From Candidatus Saccharimonadota bacterium (GTDB lineage Bacteria > Patescibacteriota > Saccharimonadia > Saccharimonadales > Saccharimonadaceae), in assembly GCA_013333135.2 (NCBI GenBank), contig JABCPJ020000004.1:11485-75484 (forward strand): a stretch of DNA of 64,000 bases, in the 5' to 3' direction. Numbering within the stretch: the first letter of the stretch is position 1; the number at the start of each line of letters is the position of its first letter. Shown here piece by piece: positions 1-8,974 of this stretch. The notes under the pieces were generated by a model, which had not been told where the DNA came from, did not search any database, and worked only from the letters and a program-made list of their open reading frames with translations. A program made the translations under genes and the position numbers.

Positions 1-550
1 ATGACATAATAACCTGTTAAAGACCTGAAATATCAAACATTTATTATTGTATAAATTACTACAAAATAGTCAAAAATCATCCATGTTGTAATTAAAAACA
101 TAATAAAATACAACAATATTCATAGAAAATTACCTAAAATCTCATTCTAAATACTATAAAAAATCACCCTAACTTTAGTCATACTAAAATTTAAATAATT
201 CTCCCTTTTTATATCGCTGGATCAGAAAAAATTACTATTCCCTTTTCTTTTTCCTCATCAAAAAATAATTTCTTATGCCAACCGACAAAAAACTCACGAA
301 AAAAATAGTATCTAAAAAATCGTCTAATAATAAAAATCCTAATTGTTATAAAAATCGTTTATATTTAAGAAACAAATATTTTTAGAAGCTACTAAAACTT
401 CATAAAAATCTAAAAATATTTTTTGGCATAAATTCTAAGCTACATTCTATTTTTATATTAAACCCAAAAACGATTTTTAGTTACAAAAAAAAAGACACGC
501 CGCAATGTGTCATAAAAATCCAATAATAAAACCATCAAAATATTCAAAAT

Positions 551-662
551 AAAAAAGAAATCGGTCAAACTGCGAGGAATACCGATTTCTTTTGTAGAGT
601 GTGGAGTTTTTTGGCTATATTGTTTGTTTTTGGCTTGTGAACAATTTTGTTATTCAAAAGCT
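551..662 (-). ncRNA. Candidate orphan small RNA (~110 nt)
   Basis: Lies between a TTGACA-17-TATTAT promoter and an intrinsic terminator; contains no ATG. Confidence 0.45.
553..593. terminator. Bidirectional intrinsic terminator-like hairpin
   Basis: AAAAGAAATCGGT (553-565) / ACCGATTTCTTTT (581-593), with A/T runs on both sides. Confidence 0.7.
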
Positions 663-668
663 ACCTCT

Positions 669-697
669 ATAATACCGCTTCAAAACGCTAATGTCAA
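669..697 (-). promoter_or_regulatory. Sigma70-type promoter
   Basis: TTGACA (697-692), 17-nt spacer, TATTAT (674-669). Confidence 0.7.
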
Positions 698-954
698 CAT
701 ATTTTTGAATAATTATTTTACAATTTTTGCATATTTTTTAGTTTTCCACATCTACCCCTGTTAACTCTGTTCACTATTTTTGAACAATTTTAGTTTTACT
801 TGAACACATATTTTATTATTTTGAGCTATTTTACATCTCTCACCCCTGTTACGTATCTTTTTACATTTTTTAATTTCAATCAAAATCATTTCTCAGGCAT
901 TTATTTATTTAAAAACATAAAAAATAGCCTCGAAAAAGGCCATTAAAAATCAAT

Positions 955-1305
955 TGGTGGAGCTGCCGGATACTGCCTCCGGGTCCGAAAAATCTTCATG
1001 ATATCATTCTACATGCATAGTTATTTATTTCATCTTGGTTTATATCTATAGCGACAAATAACAAAACTATAGATTACCATGACTGATTTTCGACTTCAGC
1101 CTCGTCACTGTCCGAAATCTATTCTCGTAAATCTAATAATCTAACTACTACGAAAACTTGGAGTTAGACCAGCCTATATTAAATTAGGCAAAAGCAGGTG
1201 CATAAAGCACATGCTTGGAAGTATTTTCTTCACTTTTTCAATACTTACGGTATCAATCGTCATGCCTGATATCTGTTAATAATCCGTCTAAGCTTTGTCA
1301 GCCCC
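955..1305 (-). ncRNA. ssrA: tmRNA, one-piece; predicted tag (A)EENTSKHVLYAPAFA
   Basis: GGGGCTG/CAGCTCC-ACCA acceptor stem with G3:U pair; 351 nt; tag frame 1231-1184 ends APAFA-stop. Confidence 0.93.
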
Positions 1306-1397
1306 AACTGCTTCCAGTATACCATAAAAGCTTAAATTACCCTAGCCTCCCCTTATACAATTAATACAAAAAATAAATACACCTCAGACCTATAACG

Positions 1398-1503
1398 CAA
1401 ACACATATGCCCACATTAACCCTACAACACAAACACATATACCCACATTTAAATCTCAAGGATATTAAACATAAGCAAGTTATTAAAAGCATAAGCAAGT
1501 TAT
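1398..1503. repeat. Two pairs of short direct repeats
   Basis: CAAACACATATRCCCACATT at 1398 and 1430; CATAAGCAAGTTAT at 1470 and 1490. Confidence 0.75.
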
Positions 1504-1618
1504 CATTTATCTCAATTTTTAACTATCCACCTCTTAAAATATTGTCTAAATTTTTTTGAAAAGCCCCCAAATTCCTCATTTTCTTGGCATTTTCAAATAA
1601 AAGATTCATCATAGAATT

Positions 1619-3199
1619 ATGAATGTTAAAGTATTTACCGCCATCCCTACCGGCTACGCTGGCCAACTCATTGAAGTTGAGGGTACCACCAACAAAGGTC
1701 TCCCGAGTTTTAATCTCGTGGGTATGGGCGATAAAACCATTCTTGAATCTAGAGAACGCGTTCGCAGTGCCATCATGAATTCGGATTTCTCTTTTCCGAA
1801 ACACAAGATCACTATCAATCTCGCTCCCGCCGACCTCATTAAGAGTGGCTCTTCCCTAGATTTACCTATCGCCATCAATATCCTAATTCTCGCTAGACAA
1901 CTTCGCGAAGATGATATTAAAAGCCTCTTTTTTACCGGCGAATTATCTCTCGATGGCAGTCTTAAGCCAGTCAAAGGTATCCTCAATATTATTGAGACCG
2001 CTAAAAATCACGGTTTTAAACAAATTTTTCTTCCCGCCGCTTCCGCCGCCAAATCCACCCTTATCCAAGGTATCAAAATCTACCCCGTATGCACCCTTAA
2101 GCAGCTATTCCTTCATCTTAAACACCAGAATTCGATCTCGCCACTTGGCAGTTCAAGTCAAATTTCCCCTCCAGACCTCGCGTCGATTTCAGAAAAGAAC
2201 TCTAGCTCCACCCCCATTTCTTCCCATAACTCTTCTTTCTGCACTCTTGACCAAATTCAAGGTCTCGATTTTGCCAAGCGCGCTCTTATCCTCGCTATTG
2301 CCGGACATCATAATCTACTTCTTTCTGGGCCACCAGGTAGTGGTAAAACTTTGCTTGCAAGTGCAGCCAAAGATCTTCTTCCATCACCTAGCCCCGCCGA
2401 ACTTATCTCAATTTACAAAATTCACGGTCTCACCACCGAACTTGATCAAATTCCTCAGAAACGCCCCTTTCGTCAGCCCCACCACAGTAGTTCCGCCTGC
2501 TCTATCATTGGTGGCGGGAATCCCATAACTCCAGGCGAAATCTCACTAGCACATCTCGGCATTCTTTTTCTCGATGAATTACCCGAATTCCCTAGATCCG
2601 TACTTGAAGCCCTGCGACAACCACTAGAGGACCACCAGATTTCGATTTCTCGGGCCAAGGAACGTGCTACTTTTCCCGCCAACTTTACGCTTTTCGCCAC
2701 CATGAACCCCTGCCCTTGCGGTTACTATGGTTCGCACGTCAAACCTTGCACCTGTACCCCCACTCAAATTCATAACTACACCAAACACCTTAGTGGTCCC
2801 ATTTTTGATCGCATCGACATCAAACTTCATCTTCCCTATCTCGATCAAAATCTTCTCATCGATCACCTCTCTACTAAATCTCCGCCTGAAAATTCCGCTA
2901 AAAATCTAAGTTTTTACCAAAATAAAATCATTCACATCACCGAACTTCAAGCCAAACGCTATCATTCTTTCGAAAAATTCAACGGCACCCTCACTTCTGC
3001 CGAAATCTCTCAGTACATCCATCTCACCCCTATCTTAAAAACCGAATTAAAACGCGCTGCGGAAACCCTTAAGCTTTCCTCTCGCGCCATCGTTAAAATT
3101 ATCAAACTCAGCCGCACCATCGCCGATTATGATAATTCACCAGAAATCAAACTTGGACACCTCAAGGAAGCCATCTGCTTTACTACCTTTTCACCCTGA
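1619..3199 (+). CDS. comM: ComM/YifB Mg-chelatase-like AAA+ ATPase
   Basis: N-terminal GLPSFNLVG..ESRERVRSAI; Walker A GPPGSGKT; PFRQPHHS; GILFLDELPEF; MNPCPCG. Confidence 0.93.
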   Translation: MNVKVFTAIPTGYAGQLIEVEGTTNKGLPSFNLVGMGDKTILESRERVRSAIMNSDFSFPKHKITINLAPADLIKSGSSLDLPIAINILILARQLREDDIKSLFFTGELSLDGSLKPVKGILNIIETAKNHGFKQIFLPAASAAKSTLIQGIKIYPVCTLKQLFLHLKHQNSISPLGSSSQISPPDLASISEKNSSSTPISSHNSSFCTLDQIQGLDFAKRALILAIAGHHNLLLSGPPGSGKTLLASAAKDLLPSPSPAELISIYKIHGLTTELDQIPQKRPFRQPHHSSSACSIIGGGNPITPGEISLAHLGILFLDELPEFPRSVLEALRQPLEDHQISISRAKERATFPANFTLFATMNPCPCGYYGSHVKPCTCTPTQIHNYTKHLSGPIFDRIDIKLHLPYLDQNLLIDHLSTKSPPENSAKNLSFYQNKIIHITELQAKRYHSFEKFNGTLTSAEISQYIHLTPILKTELKRAAETLKLSSRAIVKIIKLSRTIADYDNSPEIKLGHLKEAICFTTFSP

Positions 3200-3207
3200 T
3201 TTACCCC

Positions 3208-3236
3208 TTGAAAATCCCTAAAAATTTTGTTATAAT
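3208..3236 (+). promoter_or_regulatory. Promoter of the infC-rpmI-rplT-rpmB operon
   Basis: TTGAAA-17 nt-TATAAT with extended TG. Confidence 0.75.
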
Positions 3237-3267
3237 TCACCCTAAGGTTAAAAAGAAAGGAATCAAC

Positions 3268-3789
3268 ATTAGTACTAAGACTTCACGCACCAAAATCAAT
3301 GGAGAAATCCGCTATGAACAGGTACGCGTTATTGGCACTAATGGAGAGCAGCTTGGCATCATGTCAAGCAAAGAAGCTCAGGTTCTGGCCCGGGAGCAAG
3401 GTGTCGACCTCGTCGAAATTGCAGGCAATGCCACCCCTCCGGTCGTCAAAATCATCGATTGGGGTAAATATCAATACCAAAAGATGAAAGAAGAGGCTAA
3501 AAATCGTAAAAAAGCTCGTGAAAAACAATCCGAGCTCAAACAGATGAAGATTGGTCTCAAAATCAGCGACAATGACCTCAACATTAAAATCCGCAAAATT
3601 AAGAGTTTTCTCGAAGATGGCGATCACTGCCGTATTATCATTACCTTCAAGGGTCGTGAGATGGCACACAAAGAAATTGGTTCTCAACTTCTTGATCGTA
3701 TTCTCGAACAAATGGCCGACTGTGCCATTGTCGAAGGAAAACCACAATTTGCTGGACGCAATTTATCAGTCGGAGTACGAAAAAAGTAA
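3268..3789 (+). CDS. infC: Translation initiation factor IF-3 (probable ATT start at 3268)
   Basis: VRVIG..GEQLGIM, DLVEIA..PPVVKIIDWGKY, FKGRE; AAGAAAGG SD before an in-frame ATT. Confidence 0.95.
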   Translation: MSTKTSRTKINGEIRYEQVRVIGTNGEQLGIMSSKEAQVLAREQGVDLVEIAGNATPPVVKIIDWGKYQYQKMKEEAKNRKKAREKQSELKQMKIGLKISDNDLNIKIRKIKSFLEDGDHCRIIITFKGREMAHKEIGSQLLDRILEQMADCAIVEGKPQFAGRNLSVGVRKK

Positions 3790-3851
3790 TTTCCTACTTT
3801 CAAGGTTCCCTGATCGTACATTGAATACTAAATTAACTAAAAGGAAAGCCT

Positions 3852-4046
3852 ATGCCAAAGCTTAAAACTCACAAAGGTACTGCTAAGCGTATTAAAATTT
3901 CCGGCACCGGTAAATTAATCCGCGAACGCGCCTATGGCAACCACATTCTTGCCAAAAAATCTAAAGCCCGCAAACGTAACATGAAGACTGCTGGTGCAGT
4001 CGAGGGTAAGATTGCTAAAAACATTAAAAGCGCATTAGGAGTTTAA
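3852..4046 (+). CDS. rpmI: 50S ribosomal protein L35
   Basis: [13 protein letters not shown]; operon context. Confidence 0.96.
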   Translation: MPKLKTHKGTAKRIKISGTGKLIRERAYGNHILAKKSKARKRNMKTAGAVEGKIAKNIKSALGV

Positions 4047-4048
4047 TC

Positions 4049-4402
4049 ATGAGAATCAAAAGAGGTGTTGCCGCACGCGCAAAACATAAGAAAATTCTAG
4101 CTGCCGCTAAGGGCATGCAACATTACCGCACCCGCAGCTTCCGTCTAGCTAAACAAGGTGTTATTAAGGCCCTTCGCTACGCTTACCGCGACCGCCGTAA
4201 TCGTAAACGCGATCTTCGTGCTCTTTGGATTACCCGTATCAATAACGCCGCTCACCAATATGACTTGAATTATTCTCAACTCATCAATGGCATGAAAAAG
4301 CAAAATATCACTGTCGATCGCAAGATCTTGGCCGAATTAGCTGTCAACCAACCAGCTGCCTTCCAGGCAATTGTCGAACAAGTTAAAAAGGAGATTAAAT
4401 AA
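4049..4402 (+). CDS. rplT: 50S ribosomal protein L20
   Basis: [33 protein letters not shown]. Confidence 0.97.
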   Translation: MRIKRGVAARAKHKKILAAAKGMQHYRTRSFRLAKQGVIKALRYAYRDRRNRKRDLRALWITRINNAAHQYDLNYSQLINGMKKQNITVDRKILAELAVNQPAAFQAIVEQVKKEIK

Positions 4403-4593
4403 TGGCTATTTGCGAAATTTCCGGTAAAGGAAAAATGTACGGTCATAATGTAAGCTTCTCCCAGCACAAGACCCGTAAAGTTTTCAAACCAAACATCCAA
4501 AAGAAAACCCTCCTTATCGGTGGTAAAAAACTTAAAATCAATGTCAGTACCGCAGCTCTTCGTACTTTGAAGAAAAAAGGTTTGATCAAATAA
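4402..4593 (+). CDS. rpmB: 50S ribosomal protein L28
   Basis: CEISGK..GHNVSFS..KTRKVFKPNIQ. Confidence 0.95.
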   Translation: MAICEISGKGKMYGHNVSFSQHKTRKVFKPNIQKKTLLIGGKKLKINVSTAALRTLKKKGLIK

Positions 4594-4613
4594 TTTATTC
4601 ATTTGGATAAAAC

Positions 4614-4640
4614 AAAATAGACCCGTAAGGGTCTATTTTT
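4614..4640. terminator. Bidirectional terminator between rpmB and rnpB
   Basis: AAAATAGACCC-GTAA-GGGTCTATTTT. Confidence 0.8.
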
Positions 4641-5046
4641 AAGCTATCAGTAAGCCGGGTTTTGTAACTAAAAGGTGCAAATACTTTTATCACAAGTAAA
4701 ACCACAATAAAAGTTTCTTCCCTTTTAGCCGATAATCATCTATCTAGATATTTTGTTGCCAAAATATTCAAGCGGTAAGCGTGCATCTTCGAACCAAAGT
4801 TTAGTAGCACTCCTTGCAGCCAGTAGGGTTTGCCATCAACCATGTCACCATGGATTGCCGTAAGCTCTTACCTTACACTTTTCACCCTTGCCCGAAGGCG
4901 GTATTGTCTCTGTGGTACTTTCCCTATTCTTCAATTTTTTAGGCCAAAGCCGTCTAAATTTTCGAACGGTCGCCATTAACGACTACTGCGTTCTATGCTG
5001 CCCGGACTTTCCTCTTGGCTAAGCCAAGCGATTATCTTTCAAGCTC
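4641..5046 (-). ncRNA. rnpB: RNase P RNA (ends approximate)
   Basis: GAGGAAAGTCCGGG near the 5' end and ACAAAACCCGGCTTA near the 3' end (P4 halves). Confidence 0.92.
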
Positions 5047-5125
5047 TACATCTATCTTATCACAATTTTTGTGATATTTTTATTACTCAATATTTTTGTT
5101 ACTCAATTTAGTGACCAATCCAGAC

Positions 5126-6376
5126 TCACTTCTTTAAAGTCAAATATCCTGGCGTTCCTGGGCGATCAATCCTCATCCATTTCCAATTAGAAGAACTTAA
5201 TTCGCTCTCTTCCATCTTTGAACCATTCCCCCCTACCAGATTCACACATCCTCTAAATACCCCCAACCAACTAAGATTCCTATTTGGCCCACCTGGTATT
5301 AAATCACTTGTCGCATATATAGTTTTTAGTTTAACATCTTCTGCAAACATTGTCCCAACTTGCTCCACCCTTGACATATCAAAATTCGATAAATCTAACT
5401 CTTCAAGTGAAGACATATCCTTAAACATGTCTGCCATGACACTAATCTTAGAGGTTTTAAATCCTGATAAATCTAATCTCTTTATACTAGAAGCCCCCAT
5501 AAACATCTGATAAAAGCTCGTTACCTTTGAAGTGTCAAAACTACTTAAATCTAATTCCTTTAAATTACTCATACCACTAAACATTTGATTACAATATCGG
5601 GATAATTCAATTTTTTCTCCCTCTGTAAAATAATAGAGCGTCTTTAAGCTAGAGTCATACCACATTAAAATTTCATATTGCGAATCATGTGATTCCAAAT
5701 TTCTTACATTTAAAGTACTCTCTACAGGTGGAGTGGCACTTCTCTTAATATAATTTATATTTTCTACACCACCAGCTAAATTTCTCATAGCTGTATAAAA
5801 TGTAGAATCACCTTCCCTGGCGTTTCCGAACGGGTTCGCTACGAACGATACCACAATTTTATTCGAATAGACATCATCACTTAAATTCCGGCCAATCCGC
5901 ATCCCCACATCCAGCGTGTAATTCCCCTCTGACTCATGTTCGCTCTCGAGAAATTTCTCGCGCGATGACTTTTTCGGAATTGGCGAATATTTTGCATTGT
6001 CGCGCAACTTATACCCCCACATATTATTTTCAAAATCTGAAAATTCCCGCTGGTCCGGCAACGGATTAATTTTGGTCGGATTTTGTGGCCTCGTTGGCAC
6101 CAATGCCTGCTCTTCGCTCGCCGTGCTGATCGTGGCGTAAAATCCATTTTTGACATGGCCGTTATAACTACCATTAATTTCAAATTTAAAAAATCCATCA
6201 TGCTCATTTGTCATTTCATTCGCATCTACTTCAATGGTTTTTGAAGAATCAATCGATGCTGACAAGGAAGAAATATATAACGCTTCTGCTTTATTTTGGC
6301 ATAAACATAATCCCAAAAAACTTGCACACAAAATTCCTAAACCAAAGATCCGTTTATCTGCAAAAAATACCTTCAC
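5126..6376 (-). CDS. BspA/DUF285 leucine-rich-repeat surface protein
   Basis: Signal peptide; LDLSSFDTSKVT..MF repeats; C-terminal RIDRPGTPGYLT. Confidence 0.85.
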   Translation of the reverse strand: MKVFFADKRIFGLGILCASFLGLCLCQNKAEALYISSLSASIDSSKTIEVDANEMTNEHDGFFKFEINGSYNGHVKNGFYATISTASEEQALVPTRPQNPTKINPLPDQREFSDFENNMWGYKLRDNAKYSPIPKKSSREKFLESEHESEGNYTLDVGMRIGRNLSDDVYSNKIVVSFVANPFGNAREGDSTFYTAMRNLAGGVENINYIKRSATPPVESTLNVRNLESHDSQYEILMWYDSSLKTLYYFTEGEKIELSRYCNQMFSGMSNLKELDLSSFDTSKVTSFYQMFMGASSIKRLDLSGFKTSKISVMADMFKDMSSLEELDLSNFDMSRVEQVGTMFAEDVKLKTIYATSDLIPGGPNRNLSWLGVFRGCVNLVGGNGSKMEESELSSSNWKWMRIDRPGTPGYLTLKK

Positions 6377-6497
6377 TGATTCTCTCCCGTTTTCTCTATT
6401 TTACCACAAGCAGAATCAATTTTAGATTCTTTCAATCACATATTTGTCGTAAATCAGTTTTAAAATCTTTCAATCATTTATTTGCCCAAAATCAATT

Positions 6498-7373
6498 TTA
6501 GATTCTTTCAATCGTGTATTCGTCTAAAACTTCATTTAATTCCGCATCCGCCGCCTGATTTTGCTCTCGTCGCACATGCGTGAATGCCACCGCATCAAAT
6601 CGCTGAATTAATTTCAAAATCTCCTCGTACACCGGCAAAATATCACTATTTTTCACCGTATAAATTCCGTTCATTTGATTCACCATCATCAAATTATCCG
6701 ACACAAACTTCACAGTTTTAAATCCATACTGCAGCGCTTTCTCTATCCCCGTCTTCAAGCCATAATATTCTGCTAATCTCGAAGTTGCATAACCAATAAA
6801 TTCCCCACCTCGTTCCACTTCTTTACCGTTTTCATCAATAATCACATAACCAATCGCTGAAGGGCCTGGATTTCCTCTCGACCCACCATCTGTGTAAATC
6901 GTCGCCCCCAGTACTGCCGCTCTCGCGTCAATACGATTCACTTTTCCAATTTTCTTATGTCCAAATTCTACGCTAATTACCGAAGCAGTATCGTCCGCCA
7001 ATCGAAAATTCGAGTTTACATCCGTCGAGAAGCTCACATATTTATAAGCTGAATATTTATCACTTAATTCAAGCTTTAAATCGCTATTTTCCGCCAAAGT
7101 TATATCATATATGATATATAAATTATAAATATTCGAACCATCACTTTGGTTCGTAAAAGTAATTACATCACGAATTTTAATTGTCTCAATCTTCTGATTC
7201 AAAGTCTCAAAAATTGTTCGCCCCATCGCCTCTTCTGGCTGCTCACCAAAATTAATCTTCCCCGCCGGCAAACTCCATATCACCGCATCCGAGTCATCAT
7301 GCAATACTTTTTTCAGTAACAAAAAGCTATCATCCTTTTTAATAATTCCGACTACTCTAACTTTTTGCTTCAT
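6498..7373 (-). CDS. Nudix-like domain fused to RNase HI
   Basis: Degenerate Nudix box GKINFGEQPEEAMGRTIFE; YTDGGSRGNPGP, AEY, SDN, HVRREQNQAAD. Confidence 0.85.
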   Translation of the reverse strand: MKQKVRVVGIIKKDDSFLLLKKVLHDDSDAVIWSLPAGKINFGEQPEEAMGRTIFETLNQKIETIKIRDVITFTNQSDGSNIYNLYIIYDITLAENSDLKLELSDKYSAYKYVSFSTDVNSNFRLADDTASVISVEFGHKKIGKVNRIDARAAVLGATIYTDGGSRGNPGPSAIGYVIIDENGKEVERGGEFIGYATSRLAEYYGLKTGIEKALQYGFKTVKFVSDNLMMVNQMNGIYTVKNSDILPVYEEILKLIQRFDAVAFTHVRREQNQAADAELNEVLDEYTIERI

Positions 7374-7417
7374 CCATTCCCACCAAAATTATCATGGTTA
7401 ATATGTCTATTATAGAA

Positions 7418-7551
7418 CAAAAAATCCTAGTGGCATATATTTTCCGTAATATCTAACTACGGTGGGTAAAATCTTATGTAATAATTCCACAGAACCATTA
7501 CCACGAAATCCCTTAACATGACTATACAGAAAATCATGTTGCCACTAGGAT
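7418..7551 (-). ncRNA. Structured ncRNA, 6S RNA-like rod with central bubble
   Basis: 12-bp terminal stem ATCCTAGTGGCA/TGCCACTAGGAT; own TTGCAG-17-TATAAT promoter (7586-7558); 3' U-run. Confidence 0.65.
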
Positions 7552-7679
7552 AATTTGATTATAGCAGTAAAAATTGCTTTCTGCAATTCAAATCTAGCCC
7601 CCTCCCACCCCTTATCAAGCACCAATACTCACCAGTTATTACCACCTGACAATATTTACAATTCACCCAATATTTTAAC

Positions 7680-8324
7680 CTATGCCGCCCCAACTAACAA
7701 ATAGAACACACTTAAAATTCCCACCATCACATTATAAGTTAGAGTCGACAACGCACTTCCAAAGACCACTAAGAACAGATAGACGAACAAAATCCCCATG
7801 CGCATTTCAATAAAATCCATCACGTCCCTAAGTTTATCAGATAAGAAATAATACAGCACCCTCGACCCATCTAGCGGTGGAATTGGTATTAAATTAAACG
7901 CCATAAAACCCAGGTTCATAATAATCGTTTGGCCAAAAATAAATCCCACCACCCCACGATCGTCTAATGCTCCCGTAAAATGCCCGATCAAAAATGCCAA
8001 AAACGCAATCAAAAGATTCATCATTGGTCCCGCTAACGCTACAATCGCCATCGAGCCTTCCCCGTTCCTTAAATTTCTTCTATCCACTGGTACCGGTTTC
8101 GCCGCACCCAGCACCACTCCACCCGTAAGATAAAGTAAAACTGGCAAAATTACCGAAGTAAATAAATCTAGGTGTACTAAAGGATTTAAAGATAACCTTC
8201 CCTCATCCTTCGCTGTCGTATCACCCTGGAAATAAGCCGCATATCCATGTGCTACTTCATGTAGTACCGTAGAGATAATAATAATCGTAAAGACAATTAC
8301 AAGATTTATTGGATTCATATTCAT
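7680..8324 (-). CDS. Site-2 protease family (M50) membrane metalloprotease
   Basis: HEVAH; ALAGP; FNLIPIPPLDG. Confidence 0.92.
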   Translation of the reverse strand: MNMNPINLVIVFTIIIISTVLHEVAHGYAAYFQGDTTAKDEGRLSLNPLVHLDLFTSVILPVLLYLTGGVVLGAAKPVPVDRRNLRNGEGSMAIVALAGPMMNLLIAFLAFLIGHFTGALDDRGVVGFIFGQTIIMNLGFMAFNLIPIPPLDGSRVLYYFLSDKLRDVMDFIEMRMGILFVYLFLVVFGSALSTLTYNVMVGILSVFYLLVGAA

Positions 8325-8486
8325 ACATATATTATATCACCCCCAAGCCTCAAACCTGTCTAGTTAACCCTGAACACTATTTTTACTCAAAATCTATCGT
8401 TGAACACATTTTTTATACGATTTCCCACCGCCCTGTTACATTGCATCAAAAAACTCGCTATTTCGCGAGTTCTTTGAACACATTTT

Positions 8487-8939
8487 TTAATTAAGTACTA
8501 CTACTTCTTGCGTAGTTGGTAAATCTTCTACACGCTTAACCTTAAGTTTCTTTTCCGTGCGAGCACTTAATTTAAGTTCCGCCACCATACCGTCCACGTT
8601 CCCTGTGGCCACGATTAATTTTGGCCCAATTTCCCTAATTGCGCGCACTGAGCTAGTGCAAAGGATATCTGAGACGCCAATATCATCTAACCCCTCTTCA
8701 ACATCACCCAAGATACCGATACGCACCCCAGAGACGCTCACATCATAGATGGTTTTTGTATTATTCATTACTGGTACACCTAAGATGGATACTTCCCCAA
8801 TTTCATATTCACCCGGGCCACTAATCACACCTACACCAAGGTCAGCTGCAATCGTTCCCTCCACAAAATTAATCGTAATCTGTTTTGTATTAGTCTTAAT
8901 CGTGATAGTTTCTGGACTTTTACTTTCTAATTCAAACAT
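8487..8939 (-). CDS. Degenerate MBL-fold protein
   Basis: ISGPGEYEIG..GVRIGILGD motifs; HxHxDH is absent. Confidence 0.55.
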   Translation of the reverse strand: MFELESKSPETITIKTNTKQITINFVEGTIAADLGVGVISGPGEYEIGEVSILGVPVMNNTKTIYDVSVSGVRIGILGDVEEGLDDIGVSDILCTSSVRAIREIGPKLIVATGNVDGMVAELKLSARTEKKLKVKRVEDLPTTQEVVVLN

Positions 8940-8974
8940 TTTTCCTCCTTTATTCGTTCGGCCACCCTGCTCTT

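Noticed and set aside
704..721. ARG-box-like TGAATAATTATTTT
   Set aside because: Imperfect match in very AT-rich DNA, with no argR or arginine catabolic genes nearby
1..950. AT-rich region as oriC
   Set aside because: Only one DnaA-box match noticed (TTTTCCACA, 742-750); no dnaA or dnaN and no skew switch in the window. Cannot be fully excluded at the window edge.
3790..3847. L20 autoregulatory structure (TTTCCT pairing with the rpmI SD)
   Set aside because: Only ~6 bp of support and no covariation evidence available
6498..6910. Reverse transcriptase, retron or DGR next to the structured RNA and BspA gene
   Set aside because: The domain is RNase H only; no RT motif and no template/variable repeat pair was seen
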